A stretch of 64,000 nt of DNA from Psilocybe cubensis (Eukaryota): NCBI GenBank assembly GCA_017499595.2, contig CM038998.1:2108001-2172000 (forward strand). Direction: 5' to 3'. This document shows, in pieces, positions 50,940 through 63,770 of this stretch. Under the pieces are notes generated by a model. The model saw only the letters and a program-made list of their open reading frames with translations. It searched no databases and was not told the origin of the DNA. A program made the position numbers and the translations under genes. Each line of letters begins with the position of its first letter. Position 1 is the first letter of the stretch.

Positions 50940-53260
50940 ATGATAGATCCTGACAACCTGAATATCGATGCTCAAGCCTCCACCTCGTCAGAGTCGACGC
51001 GTCGCTTGGACCACAAACTGGATGAGAAAAGTCTTGCTGATTATGACCCCTATCTGATTGATGCATTCGACCCTGGTGATCCGGATGATCCACAAGTCAG
51101 TTTCCTTCTGTCCACATACGATTCTACACCTAACTGCGCTTTACAGAATTGGTCTGACGCGAAGCGATGGTATCTGACTCTGATCAGCGGTCTTCTCGTC
51201 TTAAACGCGTAAGTTTTGTTGTTAAACATGCAATTCAATTGCGTAACCACTTCAGTATACAGGACTTTTGCTAGTTCGTCTCGTACGTTAAAATCTGGGT
51301 TAATTGTATGCGCAGACTACTTACGCTGCGCCTCCGTAGCATCTGGCATTTTTCCACAGCTGAAGGACGAGTTTCAAATGTCGGAGAAGGTGGGAATTTT
51401 AACTTTATCACTTTTTGTTTGTGGTTATTGCGTTGGGTCAGTACGCTTTTTACCTATCACTCCTCCTATTTTATCTAAACATTGACGGTCAGGCCATTAT
51501 TATGGGGACCTTTATCAGAGCAATATGGAAGAAGACCACTTTTTGTGTATCCTTTTTTTGTATACATGGCAAGAGACATTTTTCTTAGGTGGCGACTAAA
51601 GAATGACACAAAATCTCAGTGCTTCATGATGGCGAATGCCCTTGCGCAAAATACAACTTCGGTCTTGTTATTCCGCTTTCTTGGGGGCACTTTTGCTGCG
51701 GCCCCTCTGACCAATTCTGGGTTTGCTTTTTTAATGACTTTTCTGATTAAAAAAACCAACATAATCGTCGATAGTGCATTAATATCCGATATCTGGGATG
51801 CAAAAATGCGAGGCAAGGCCATGGCGGTATTCACAGTTGCTCCATTTGCTGGTCCGGCTCTGGGACCAACAGCCGCAGGATTCATTGGGGACACAATCTC
51901 CTGGCGATGGCTCTTCTGGGTATTGGCTGCCTTTGTAAGTGGATTTTCATCCCTTTATTTCATTTCTAACATCTTACCTTTAAGGCGGCCGTTTGCGAAA
52001 TTTTAATCGTCTTCACAATTCCTGAGACGTATGCGTAAGTTTTCATACAACGCATCAGCCTTATATATCTTTTCAAAGCAGTTGAAACAGGCCAAAACTT
52101 CTCGTCAAGAAAGCTCAGGCCAAGCGTGCTGAGACTGGTAATGAACGCTATTACGCCATTTTGGAGAGGCAGGATTTGGACTACAAGAAACGTATCGAAG
52201 ACATCCTTGCGAAACCTTTTGTGGTCTTATTTTGTGAGCCAATGCTCTTTGTCATTACTCTCTACATGAGTGTGAGTATGCCTTAACCTTCCAATTAAAT
52301 GACCTGTTTCTCTAACTCTTTCTCTCTGCCTAGTTTGTTTACGGATGCTTGTACCTCTTGTTTACCGCGTACCCCATCGTGTTCGCCCAAGGACACCAGT
52401 TCAGTGCGGGTGTGTCTGGTCTCATGTTTCTTCCGATCCCGATTGGAGGTGCACTTGCAGTTGTTCTTGTAAGCTTTCTTTTATCCTAACCCTGTGTCTT
52501 GACTCTTGATTCTTTCAGTATGTTGCATACTACAACCCTCAATACGAGAAAGAAGCCGAACGCTGTAACCCAAGGCCCGTTGCTCCAGAATTTCGCCTCG
52601 AAATGGTATTATACGCTGCACCCCTTTTTGCCATGTCATTTTTTTGGTTTGCGTAAGTGTTTCCAGTATTGCGTGTCAATCTTATTCAGGAACTTATTCA
52701 GATGGACATCTTTTCCACATCTTTCGTACTGGGCCCCCATGCTGTCTGGCTTGCTGATGGGCTTTGCTATTCAACTTATATTCGTACGTTGTTTATATCA
52801 CACTAATGCAACTGTCTAACATTATTTTCCAGCTAGGGCTGTTTAATTACATTATAGATGCGTATCTATCTGTAGCTGCATCAGCTTTAGCATCAAGCAC
52901 CGTGATCAGAAGTATATTTGGGGCAGCATTCCCGGTAAATATCTCATATCAACAGCTGTTCTCATGATTCTTAGCTTTCTTATGTGATTTGTGTACGTTA
53001 AGCTCTTTTCCTCTAACCTGTACGACTCCCTGAATCCACAATGGGCATCAACGTTGATCGGAGCTATTGCAGTGCTCATGGTTCCAATCCCACTTGTTTT
53101 AAAAAGGCAAGCGTCGAATACATTATGTGCACTGTCTCTGACTTCTTGTAAAAATTAAACTAGATATGGGCCCATTTTAAGAAGGAAATCACGTTACTGT
53201 CCCTATGATGAAGTTGATGAAGCGCCTATCAAAGAAAATCCCATCATCTCTGGTGTATAG
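50940..53260 (+). CDS. MFS drug:H+ antiporter (DHA1; Tpo/Flr1-like)
   Basis: DPDDPQNWS, GPLLWGPLSEQYGRR, FRFLGG, GPALGP, WRWLFW, PETY, PEFRL, NYIIDAY...ASALA. Confidence 0.92.
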
Positions 53261-53842
53261 GTTCATACTCATTGGTCTATTTGTATCGCAGTTGAGTTAT
53301 TCGATTAATGTCATCAACCCTGTCCTCAACATCTATGGTAAATACTTAGAGTGAGTGTTCTTTATATGTGAGAGTGGAATCGCTTAGTCACCGTTCTCTA
53401 GTTAATTCAAACGTTAACTTCATCATTAGGTTTTTTCATTTATGTTTTGTCTTTCATATCATGTAGTTTGCAATACCTTAACAAATGTTTGGAACATCCT
53501 CTCTATCATCAATCTGTCTCTACGTCAAAAGTATATATAAACCAAAGGCAGGAAGGCAATGGTTATCGGACTGTCAATGAACACAAAGTCAATTGCAACT
53601 GTTGCTAAACCAATTTTTTTTTAGCTATTTTCACCCTGATCACTTATAGGTATCACCCGATTGAGCCAATCTTCCATACGTCCTAGACTAGCCAGGATAG
53701 TTTCAAATTTGATTCGACAAAATTGTAAACAGGACTAGTCGGTGAGTTTTGTCCCTCCGCATGCGTCATTTGCCAACCAAACGTTTTGTCCAGCAGCTAT
53801 AATACACCTTTAATCATCTCTTGAAACATTCATGATATTCTA

Positions 53843-56718
53843 ATGTCCTCTGATTCCACATCATTTACTCCGTCGCCTCCTGTGCCCTCTGCTCATGTAA
53901 CACCAGAGCCTTGCATCCGCAATCCACGAATTCATCGACAAAGCGGGATACCATCCATTACACGGACATCAAAAGGAACACCCAATCCTAATCCTGGTGG
54001 CGGGACTGGTAATTTGCAACAGAGTGGGCAGTCGACGCCCAAGTCAGTGACTTTCGGCGGACCTGGAAAGACACACTCGATCAAGTCGAAAGTGTTAGGT
54101 CGTCAAAAAATGCCCAAAATTCATCACGAACTCGACCTCTGGGACCAAGGTACTCCTGTTCGTGATGGTTTGACTTCTACGTCCGCCTCTCGAAGACGAT
54201 ACACGTCAATGCCTTCTGATCTGCAAGCCCAAATCGATATTGACAACGACTGCATTGCTAGGGGACTTGCCAGCTCTAGTCCTCCTCTTGTCGACTTTAC
54301 TCATTTTGAGGATATGTATCGCGGTCCCAGGATTGGAGCTTTCGAAGGGCTGGTTCCTTATCGAAATCGAAGCAAGACCAGGAATGGACTGAGGAGCAGC
54401 AGCGGTGGTGAGAAATCTTCCTTGACAGACAAACCAAGACCAGTTACTATGGATGGGCGCTCGACAGCCTCGTTATCTGTTCCAGGAACGAGTACATTGC
54501 CTGCTTCTGCTAGAAAACCTGATCCGCGCTTGATTATAGCTTCTCTGCGGGATATCCTTGGCACTTCGTATCGAGTCGAGGATTACCTCAATTCTTTTGA
54601 ACTTCTGGCTGCACACCAATTAGATCAACTGGATTTTGAAGAGAGGGATGCATTTCATGCTTCCCTCCTGGAAAAAGGCAAGATACATGTGAAAACTCAT
54701 GATGGGCCACTTAGTGAGTTGACCTCTTCATCCAATTTTTGGTTTGACAATAATCTATATATTTCATTTCCGATTCTTTAGCGGTACTTGGAGAGCCGAT
54801 TCGAAAAGCATCGATATATTCATCTACATATGTAGTGCTTGGAGGACGTGAACATTGTCTTCCTATCATAGTGGTTAACTGCATTGAAGAACTATATCGT
54901 ACAGGTGTGTATTTATTTATTAACACTAATATTTTTTTACAGTCTGCTAATGATCCAACTCGTTCGTTATGAGGTATATATCAGCCACACCTTTTCAGAT
55001 CTTTGCCAAACCGTGCACGCCTTTTTGAGCTTATCGGCATATTCAATTCGGAAGTCCCCCTTCCAGGCAGCACCATACGTTCGCGACAATCAAATAGTCA
55101 TCCAATAACAAGCGTTGGTTTTGGGATCAATACATCTCTACATCTCGAGTCCACGCCGGATATCTGTGCTTTGTTGACCACCTATCTATCTTCTCTTCCT
55201 GAGCCTATCCTCCCATCTTTCATGTTTCGAGCAATTTGGGATTGGTGTGAATTGGATGATGATGATAATGATAACCACGAAGGAAATGTCAAGCTTGCTT
55301 CCGACCCAAAACCAACATCTGCCTTCGGACGAAGGCACGGATTACCGTCAACTGTACCGCTTGCACGCACTTACACTAGTCCCACCGAATCCACACACAT
55401 TCTCGTTGCTCAGCTACTTTTGCAACTCCTTCCATCTCCCAACTTTTCGCTTATCATTTATCTACTCGCATTCTTCAGCCAGGTAGCGTTGGTTAAAGAA
55501 GAGAACGGTGTTGGTGTAGAGGACCTGTCTAGGATGTTCGGTGGTCGTATATTCGGAGGCGGATCCGTTGCTACCTCAACGCTGCAATCAATAGGGGAAA
55601 GCAAATCTGCAGAGGATGTGTTTAACACTACCCAAACACGGAGAGAAGGAGAAGCTATGATGTCGTGGTTTCTTCGCAGATGGGGCCCAATTTCGGAAGG
55701 ACTATTCGATGTAGTTGACGATGCTAAGATGGGGCTATTCAAGAGGACAATGGCGAGGAAAGATAGTTTAGGGCATGATATTCTGACATCTTGGCTTACG
55801 GATACTGGACGTCCTGGTGGTAATTCTTCACAAAGTGGGGCAAGTGACAAGAACGCCGTCCGAGGAGGTTGGGTTTCAGACGCCGAAGAAATCCAACGTC
55901 GTAAAGGCCTTAATAAGTGTTTCCCATCCACCCAAGAACCATTTCAAGACATCCCTCAGATACGCCTAGAAAATCCACAAGACCAGTCTACACCTAAATC
56001 AAAGGCTGCGACAGTTTGGGTGAACGAAAAATCATCACGCGACGAGAATGTTGATGAAGAGCTCGATATCATCAATGATTACGGTTCGTAATCCATCTGC
56101 CTGATTTCGAAGGGGTTCAATATTGACATTTCCTGTCATGCAGTTATGTTGAACAGTGGAACAAACCCAGTAGCTACTACTTCTAGCCTCAATTATTCGG
56201 AGGACGCTACAATTGACATCGCGCGTGTTTTACCCTCCTCAGGCCTTCAAAGTGGGCCAGCGACGTCTCGTATGTGCCCATTTGTAGATATTCCTTCATT
56301 TCACCCATGTGATCATATAGCTGATGAACGCTTAATGGACATTTCATTGCCCGCGTTCTTCAATGAGACTTACCCTACCTCACCCAACCCTTGCGAGGAA
56401 CCGACGATGGTTCATGTTCCTCAAACACGGAAGCCCGGTCTTTGCTCCGTTGCCGTACAGACAGGATCCATTCCCAACGGTTCTCCTTCAATTCTATCCA
56501 GTGAAGCTAATCAAATTTCGGACAGGAATGTTTCTGGCAGTCGCGGTGGTCGTGATCAATCTTCCTTGGAAATCATCATAACTGCACTCCAAAAGCAGCT
56601 CAAAAATCGTTCTGACACCCTAGAAGAGGTTCAAAAAGAGATGGAAGTGTGTAAAAAGGAGTTGGATTTGCGGGCTCGCCGAATTGCAGAGTTGGAGAGA
56701 TCAATGACAGGTTGTTAG
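53843..56718 (+). CDS. Divergent RhoGAP-domain protein with C-terminal coiled-coil
   Basis: LPIIVVNCIEELYRT|GIYQPHLFRSLPN...DICALLTTYLSSLPEPIL...LLPSPNFSLIIYLLAFF...EN...DLSRMFG follows the RhoGAP fold pattern. The 3' end is uncertain. Confidence 0.75.
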
Positions 56719-57005
56719 AATTCTTCACCCCTGCTCTCTGTAGTCTGTACTGGTTGTTGTTGAGAACTTCTTCTAGGGTATGGATGAAAAACATAAACAA
56801 ACAAAGCCAACTTGATTTTCAGAACCGTATCAATCTCTCCGCCAGAAAATCTGCAATTTTATTAGTGTTGCTGCTCTTCCAAATCTTTCAAGGATTTAAA
56901 AATGAGAATGTAGCGTTTAGAAAAGATAAAAAAACAAAATTTACACCCAACGGTGTTTTGTGTTGCTGCTTTCTGTGGTAAGCTGGTATGGGTCCGGTTC
57001 TCCCT

Positions 57006-57023
57006 AAACGCGTCGCGTCGCGT
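57006..57023. promoter_or_regulatory. Tandem MCB-like element AAACGCGTCGCGTCGCGT
   Basis: Third copy of the 12-mer AAACGCGTCGCG, with a forkhead-like ATAAACAAA at 57046-57054. Confidence 0.45.
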
Positions 57024-57449
57024 CAATTTATTGCTATGCTAACAAATAAACAAAGGACTTATAAATGTCACTGAGTACCAGTGTTGTTGAAGATATCATA
57101 TGGTCAACTTGAAGGGATTCGTCAAGGTCGGACCCAATGTCTGTTCTTGTGTCTTGCAAATCATATGAAGGGCCAACAATTTGGCACACTAAACATCGAC
57201 CAGAATTTCCAAATGACATATGTACCTATTGTTCCAATAACCCCCATAACTAGTCAAGGGTTCAGCGGTCTTTGACGACCAAAATAAAGACAACATTTGG
57301 ACAAACAACATATCTCGCACGGGAAAAGCGGCCCGGGACGGGTGGGATGTAAACATTTTCTCACGGAATACTTACAATCCATTGACCTGTTCACAGTCGC
57401 GCTAACTAGTAAAGCACACCCAACCATTTCTTGATTCGAGTCCACCAAA

Positions 57450-57903
57450 ATGCCACCAATGACATTTCATGGGGTGGTTACCAAGGCTGGATTCATGAGG
57501 AAAACCGTCACCGTGACGGTCTCCCGCTGGGTGATACACAAGTTGACTGGAAAGGTTTGTCTTCATACTATGAGTTGTAGCCTAGCACTCACCCAGCTTC
57601 CGACCTTTAGCGAATTGAAAGGAGCAAAAAGTATCTGGTTCATGATGAGAAGAATCGTACGTATGGTTTAGAGGTTGATAATGCGTTCTAAATTGAAGAT
57701 GTATAGAACTCCGACGAGACGACCTTGTTGTCATTCGTAATTGTCCGCCTGTATCTGCCATGAAGAGATTTACTCTTCACACCGTCTTGAAAAGTCCTGA
57801 AACAGAACGCGACATAGCTCGGGCTGCGAAAGTACAGGCGGCACAGAGTACTCCATTGGGATCAAAACCAAAAGGAGTCCTCGAATCTCTCAACAAATCG
57901 TGA
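57450..57903 (+). CDS. MRPS17: Mitochondrial ribosomal protein uS17m
   Basis: GVVTKAGFMRKTVTVTV...K|RIERSKKYLVHDEKN|...DDLVVIRNCPPVSAMKRF. Confidence 0.9.
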
Positions 57904-57976
57904 TTATTGAAGCACAAAGAAACGGCAGGGAGGCGAAATATTAGACAAGAAAAAAGCGTCGGTTATGATTGTTAAT

Positions 57977-58541
57977 TCATGCTGTCAGCGTGGGGGAGGA
58001 GGACTGAGTAGATGCCTGCTGAAGTGCTGATTGGATTTGCACCAGCTGTACACACTCGAACATGAGTCCAAGCACAGCAAAATTGCAGTTGGCGTTCAAA
58101 CTCTTACCTCTCCCTTCTTCTTTTCCTGCCTTCCCTCGATATCTTTGATTTGTGCTTCCACCCGTCGGCTGTAACATTGTGATATTGTTAATTCAAAGAT
58201 ATCATTGGATAAAGTGAAAGATTTCAAACATCTCGCTGCGTATGAAGTCTAGTCGCGTGTCCACATTGCTTTTTGCTTCAGCTTGATCCTGTTTGACGAG
58301 AACAGGTCCAATCAACTTGTAAATAGTGTTTTCGGGAGTTAAAACTGCAAACTCCTTTATTAGAAAACAGTTAGCGATAACTTCCAGTACGACATGGAAG
58401 TGGCAAACTAACCTTTTTAACCAACTCATTTTCTGAAAGCTGTGCATCGAGACGTTGCCTGGCTTCCACTACTCGTGACAGCTCTGCTTGGAGATTTTCA
58501 AAATCTACAGAGGCTTGTTGTAATTTGAGCTCTAACGACAT
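57977..58541 (-). CDS. YKE2: Prefoldin subunit 6
   Basis: RQRLDAQLSENELVKK|EF...IYKLIGPVLVKQDQAEAKSNVDTRLDFI. Confidence 0.93.
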
Positions 58542-58910
58542 GTTCACGGTTTTGGATTAAGATCAATCAAGATGAATGTCTAAATTAAAATCGATCACCT
58601 TGTCGAAGCTGAAGCGTAGCGATCACTTCACGCTTTTGGCTCAGGATATCACCATGCTCTGTCCCTCTGTACGTTTCTTCACAAGCAATAACTTATATGT
58701 ATCCTCCCACACATGATACCCATGACATACAATCGACGATTGGTTTGTCACGAGGTTAACAAAAGGCCAGTGAGGTTATAACTATCTCAGAATAACCCAT
58801 GTGCCATTGTATAAATCTGCTACCGGGTTATCAACGGCTCTCCGCTACCGTGCGGCTCTAGCGCTATAAAAACCAAAATTCCGTGCGATCGCCTCAAAAA
58901 CATACGCACG

Positions 58911-61649
58911 ATGCCCCCAGTTACCATCGATTGGTCCAAGGTCAACAATCCAGAGCTTATATTCCAGCGCTTTGCCAGTCGCAGGTCTGTGGTATATGGC
59001 ACTAAGGGAATGGTGTCTTCATCCCAACCATTGGCGACAGAGGCGGGTCTAGAGATATTGAGAAAGGGCGGGAATGCAGGTGTGTGAAGCACAGAGGACA
59101 AGTGATGGATAATTTGGATGCTCAATGTCCTATTTGAATAGCGGATGCTGCAGTTGCTACTTCAGTTGCATTAAACGTAACAGAGCCAAGTTGCTGCGGG
59201 ATCGGCGGGTATGCCTTCATTCTTTGATATACAGCAAAAATTGAGATACTATCAACGATTTCTTTATAGCGACGCATTTTGCCTTTTTTATGATGCAAAG
59301 ACGAAGACGGTAAAGGCGCTAAATGGGTCAGGCCGTGCTCCAGCTAAATTGGACATTGACTATCTTCTGGCTCGCGGAATCAAAGGGTCTATTCCTTTAA
59401 CCGACCTTAACTCTGTAACAGTTCCAGGTCAGGCGGTTTGAATCAGGTTCAATCCGAGAGACATTCCCTGACAGTCAGGCAGGGGCTGCTGCTGCTTGGG
59501 TAGATACCATTGAGACCTTTGGGAGTGGCTCGGTTACAATTGCTGATATCTTCGAGCCAGCAATACGTTTGGCAGAAGAAGGGTATATGACAATACTTAT
59601 TCTTTCACGATTTAATCTCTCAGTTGTTTTTCAGTGTCCCCGTGTCGGAGATTCATGGACATGCGGCAAGTTCTGCTTACAAATGTATGTCATAGATATA
59701 ACTGATTGGATGCCTCTGTACAGTGGCAACGCTCCGAGGTTTGGAATACTTGTCTGCATCAGCTTAGATCGCTCATCTGAACAAACTAGTCATTAATAAA
59801 AAACGCATCGCCTAATGGAGATGAAATGTTACTCAATGGCAAGGCACCTTTGCCTGGTCAAATTATCAAGCTACCCAATTTGGCGCGAACCTTCAAAGAA
59901 GTAGTAGCCCATGGAAAAGACGGTTTTTACAAGGGCAGAGTAGCCTCCGCCATTGTTGAACTCATCAAAAGCAAAGGTGGCCTCATGGAACTGGAAGACC
60001 TGGCTAATCACAGATCGACATTTGTAGAACCTATTCAGTATACTTATGCAAACGAAGTCACTGTGTACGAGGTAAAATTTTGAATATTACATCGTAAAAC
60101 TTTTCTCATTGTTGTTCCCACAGTGCCCACCAAATGGACAGGGTAGGTGGTATAACATTCATTTCATTTCCTACTTCATGACGCTGTAGGTATAACGGCC
60201 TTACTTGCGTTGGGAATCCTGGAAAGCATTCAGGAACAAGGACTCTCGAAACCTCTCTCTGAAATGGAGCATAATTCGCCGGAGTATCTACACACTCTAA
60301 TCGAAGCATTACGGTCCGTTCGCTTGAATTCGAAATTGACGTCAACTAACCAAATAGCTACCAGACTCGCGTTTGCTGGTAAAATTTCACCAGAGACTTC
60401 AAGTTCGGGATATGTATCTAACACCTGAAAAGACAGCCAATACTATGTTACAGACCCTGACGTCGAACATATCCCAGTTAAAGAATTGCTTAGTAAGGTT
60501 AGCTTCAAAAATAAAGCTAAACATATGCATCGACATGAACCCCTCGATTTTTTCTTTCTCTAGGAATACTTAGCATCCAGAGCTCGGCTATTTAACTCAA
60601 AGGGAGCAAATCCACGAGTCATTCATGTCAATCAAATACCTCTTTTTTGCAATGCAAACTCATACAGATTCCATGTTACAGGGAAACCCGGTCAATTCAT
60701 CTGATACCGTTTATTTCTCAGGTTTGGTTTTTGAACCGACAATCTCAGTATTTTCTAATTTAAACGATTACTTTAGTTACAGATCAGTGGGGAAATGCCT
60801 GTAGTTATATTCAAAGTAATTACGCAGGTCAGTACATATTTACTGTGGGTTTCGATCGTAAATAGTACTTGACTGCGCTACAGGTTTTGGAACTGGTGGT
60901 AAGGTTATGACTTGTTTAGGAGACCCAGCTATGTATACATTAACCATCTCTTAGCTGTCCCCAAAGGATGCGGTTTCACCCTTCAAAACAGAGGGTCTGG
61001 TTTTGTCCTTACTAAAGGCCATCCCAATGCTTTGAAGGTACTTGAAAATGCCTACCATTGTATCACAAAGGTTGTATTAAAAACAGGTTAACTTCAGGGA
61101 GGAAAGAGACCTTACCATACTATCATACCTGCACTGGCTACTAAAGGGGACGACCTCTTCTTGAGTTACGGTGTAATGGGAGGCTTCATGCAGGTCAGCG
61201 TCTTATTTGAGGAAGAGTATTCACTATTCTCATAGCTTCTTAGCCACAAGGACACGTACAAGTCCTTCTGAACATACTGCGTGGCTTCACACCCCAGACT
61301 GCGCTTGACTCCCCTCGTTTTTGTATTTCTGCTGGGACTCCAGATGTGGAAAGTAAAGACACTGGCGCCGCGGGAGATATTAACAGTGAAGTATACTTCG
61401 AAGACGGGATCTCACAAGAAACTATAGAGGCACTCAGAAGTTGGTTTAAATTCAAGTTTGGAATTAATCATAGTGCTGACCACAATGCAATTAGATATGG
61501 GACATGATGCTAGATCAGTGACTGGGTTCAATAGGGGTCTAATGGGGAGAGGACAGGTAATACAAAAACTGAATGACCCGTCAGGTAGATTTGTATGGGC
61601 AGCGGGATCAGATCTCAGAGCAGATGGACATGCAGCCGCTCAGATATAG
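58911..61649 (+). CDS. Gamma-glutamyltranspeptidase (cytosolic type), about 18 introns
   Basis: [45 protein letters not shown], autocleavage Thr in [35 protein letters not shown]. Confidence 0.93.
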
Positions 61650-61679
61650 GTCTTTGGGACATCCAGAACGACCAGGCGA

Positions 61680-63366
61680 TCACATACGCCGCTGTCGTTC
61701 ACTCCCCACTAGAAAGACATTTAGTCTCAAATCAGTATTGACCTTATTGTAACTTACCGGCTTGCTTTTGCCTATAAGCTCGAAGATCTTTGGTCGCATC
61801 CGGACCAGTGATCTTTCCCCAACCTGCCAATGGCACTACGATGGCGGTGGCATTGTCTTCCCCTCCCAACTCTTCCGAAAAGGCTAATATTCGTTCAGCT
61901 GCAGTTTTTGGATCATTACATCCTCTTGCGAGGTCTACTATTTCGGCATCTGATAATATAGAAGATATTCCGTCAGAGACAAGCACAAGGAAAGCCCATT
62001 CTCTTCCTGGAAAGATTTGAGCCACTAGCGAACCCGAATTGCGGAATAGACATTACCGTTCAGTAATTTTGAGCGAACTTCGGGTTCTGGTGTTATCCCG
62101 AATTTTTTGTAATTCAAATCCCCGAGACTGGAGAAGGTAGTTTAAGCGATCAGCGTACTTTTGCAATATAGTATTCAATACATACCATCGCGTGTTTGCG
62201 AGAGAGCCCATCCATCTAAAAACAGAAAGGTTTGCATGAAAGTGAAAGTAAGATGTGATATATACTTACCGAGATTCACCATATGAATCCGTAATGAGAG
62301 AAGAGCCCATCATTCTACGTAATCTAATGCTTTCTATACGTGCATCTGGATAATGGTTTTCTGTCATAGGAAAGACTTGTCCGTTTAGTGTCGAACATAG
62401 TAGCACTCTAGTATCACTGACAAAAGATACTGGTATGTTAGTTAAATGAGTGTAGCTGATAGTGTGACTAACAACTTACCCGCAATGAGCAACTGTCAAT
62501 GCCAATTTCTCAGCCGAGAAGAATGGAGTTGCTGGCGCATCCAGGGATTGTAGAACTGCTACAGAAGCGGTAGCGCCACATGCTTGTGCTGCATTATCTG
62601 CTGATAGATTTTTATCCACCTGAGAAGAGAACCTAAATATCACGACAATCGGATATGGCAACGGAACATACCTCAAAAAAAGTCAAGGTTGCACGGGCTT
62701 CCAAAGTCATTTCTTCTTTATTCGTCCCATCTATCCAAGGTGCGATTGCCCCGCCTTTGAATCGCTTGAAATAGCCTCCAATTTCTTTTATCCACCCAAA
62801 TAACTCCGGTATAAGTGATTTGTCTACAGACTCGAATAATCCATGTAGTTCCTGGCGCAAGTATTGAGCTACTGCTGACCCTCCGTGCCTGCGGCTGTTA
62901 GTTGGACAATAATCCGAAGAGGAAAATAGAAGGACCTACCCGTCGTAAATTCCTACAAAGAGCACTTGACGCGCAAGTACGTCCCCAACTTGACTGGGGT
63001 CCCAATCAACACCATGATCTCGTTTGAGGGATAAACGTAGTTCCTCTGGCGGTAAGGATAGTGTGGCAAAACCATAGAAATCTTCTTGGTGACTAAGAAA
63101 AGGTTAGTGAACAAAGTGCAGGTTCGGAAGGACACTTGATTTAGTATTTGCCTTCTATTTCCACGCGAGTTCACGACGCCGATGACCTTGGGGGACGACA
63201 ATGGTACTCTTATAGAGCCAGCTGGTTGCACATGAGTAGTAAATGTAATGTATGGACGCTCAGTCCTACCTGGTGTAGCCGCGCGAATGTAATCGTGGTA
63301 TCTCGCAATGCTTCGAGGTTTGGTAGCGCTATGAGACGGAAGCTTCAGCAAGCATCTATAAGCCAT
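61680..63366 (-). CDS. PP2C protein phosphatase, probably mitochondrial (Ptc6-like)
   Basis: Arg/Ser-rich presequence, RGNRSHQED, GIYDG|HGG, CGATAS, VAHCG|DTR, LVLVSDGI, GGEDNAT. Last exon ...GSERQRRM*. Confidence 0.87.
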
Positions 63367-63770
63367 TGGCACTCTTGTAAAGATTACTGGGCACTGCCAG
63401 CATCCCGCACAATGTGTACCAGAAGGAGAATTGGTGAGAGGTTTGTTCAAGTTACTGATACTATGTTTAGATCAATAGTCGTGACGTTATGGGTCAAAGG
63501 ATGTAACACATGGTTCAACAAGTTCATCAGTCCAGCGCTCTCACACTAAAACATAATTACCGACGAATCCAGTCCCTGCAACATGAGAAATTGTCCGCCA
63601 ATTGGTCGTCAGCTGGAGCTTCGGAAGACACATGCGTCATCCGTACGTGAATCTTTCGTGCGGTTATACACTCTTTTTAAGGCTAGACATCATTTTCACA
63701 AGTAGCGAGGTCGTGAGATATAAAAGTAATGCGGTTTTGGACTGGAAAAAATTGTTATCCTATCTACGAC

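Noticed and set aside
40382..53260. Secondary-metabolite cluster (two MFS transporters plus a hydrolase)
   Set aside because: No backbone enzyme (PKS, NRPS, terpene synthase, RiPP precursor), and the genes are interspersed with housekeeping genes.
58605..58650. Hairpin AAGC-TGAAG...CTTCA-C-GCTT and U2-like CTTTTGGCT
   Set aside because: Lacks the U2 branch-recognition GTGTAGTA; a short hairpin in a divergent promoter with no other support.
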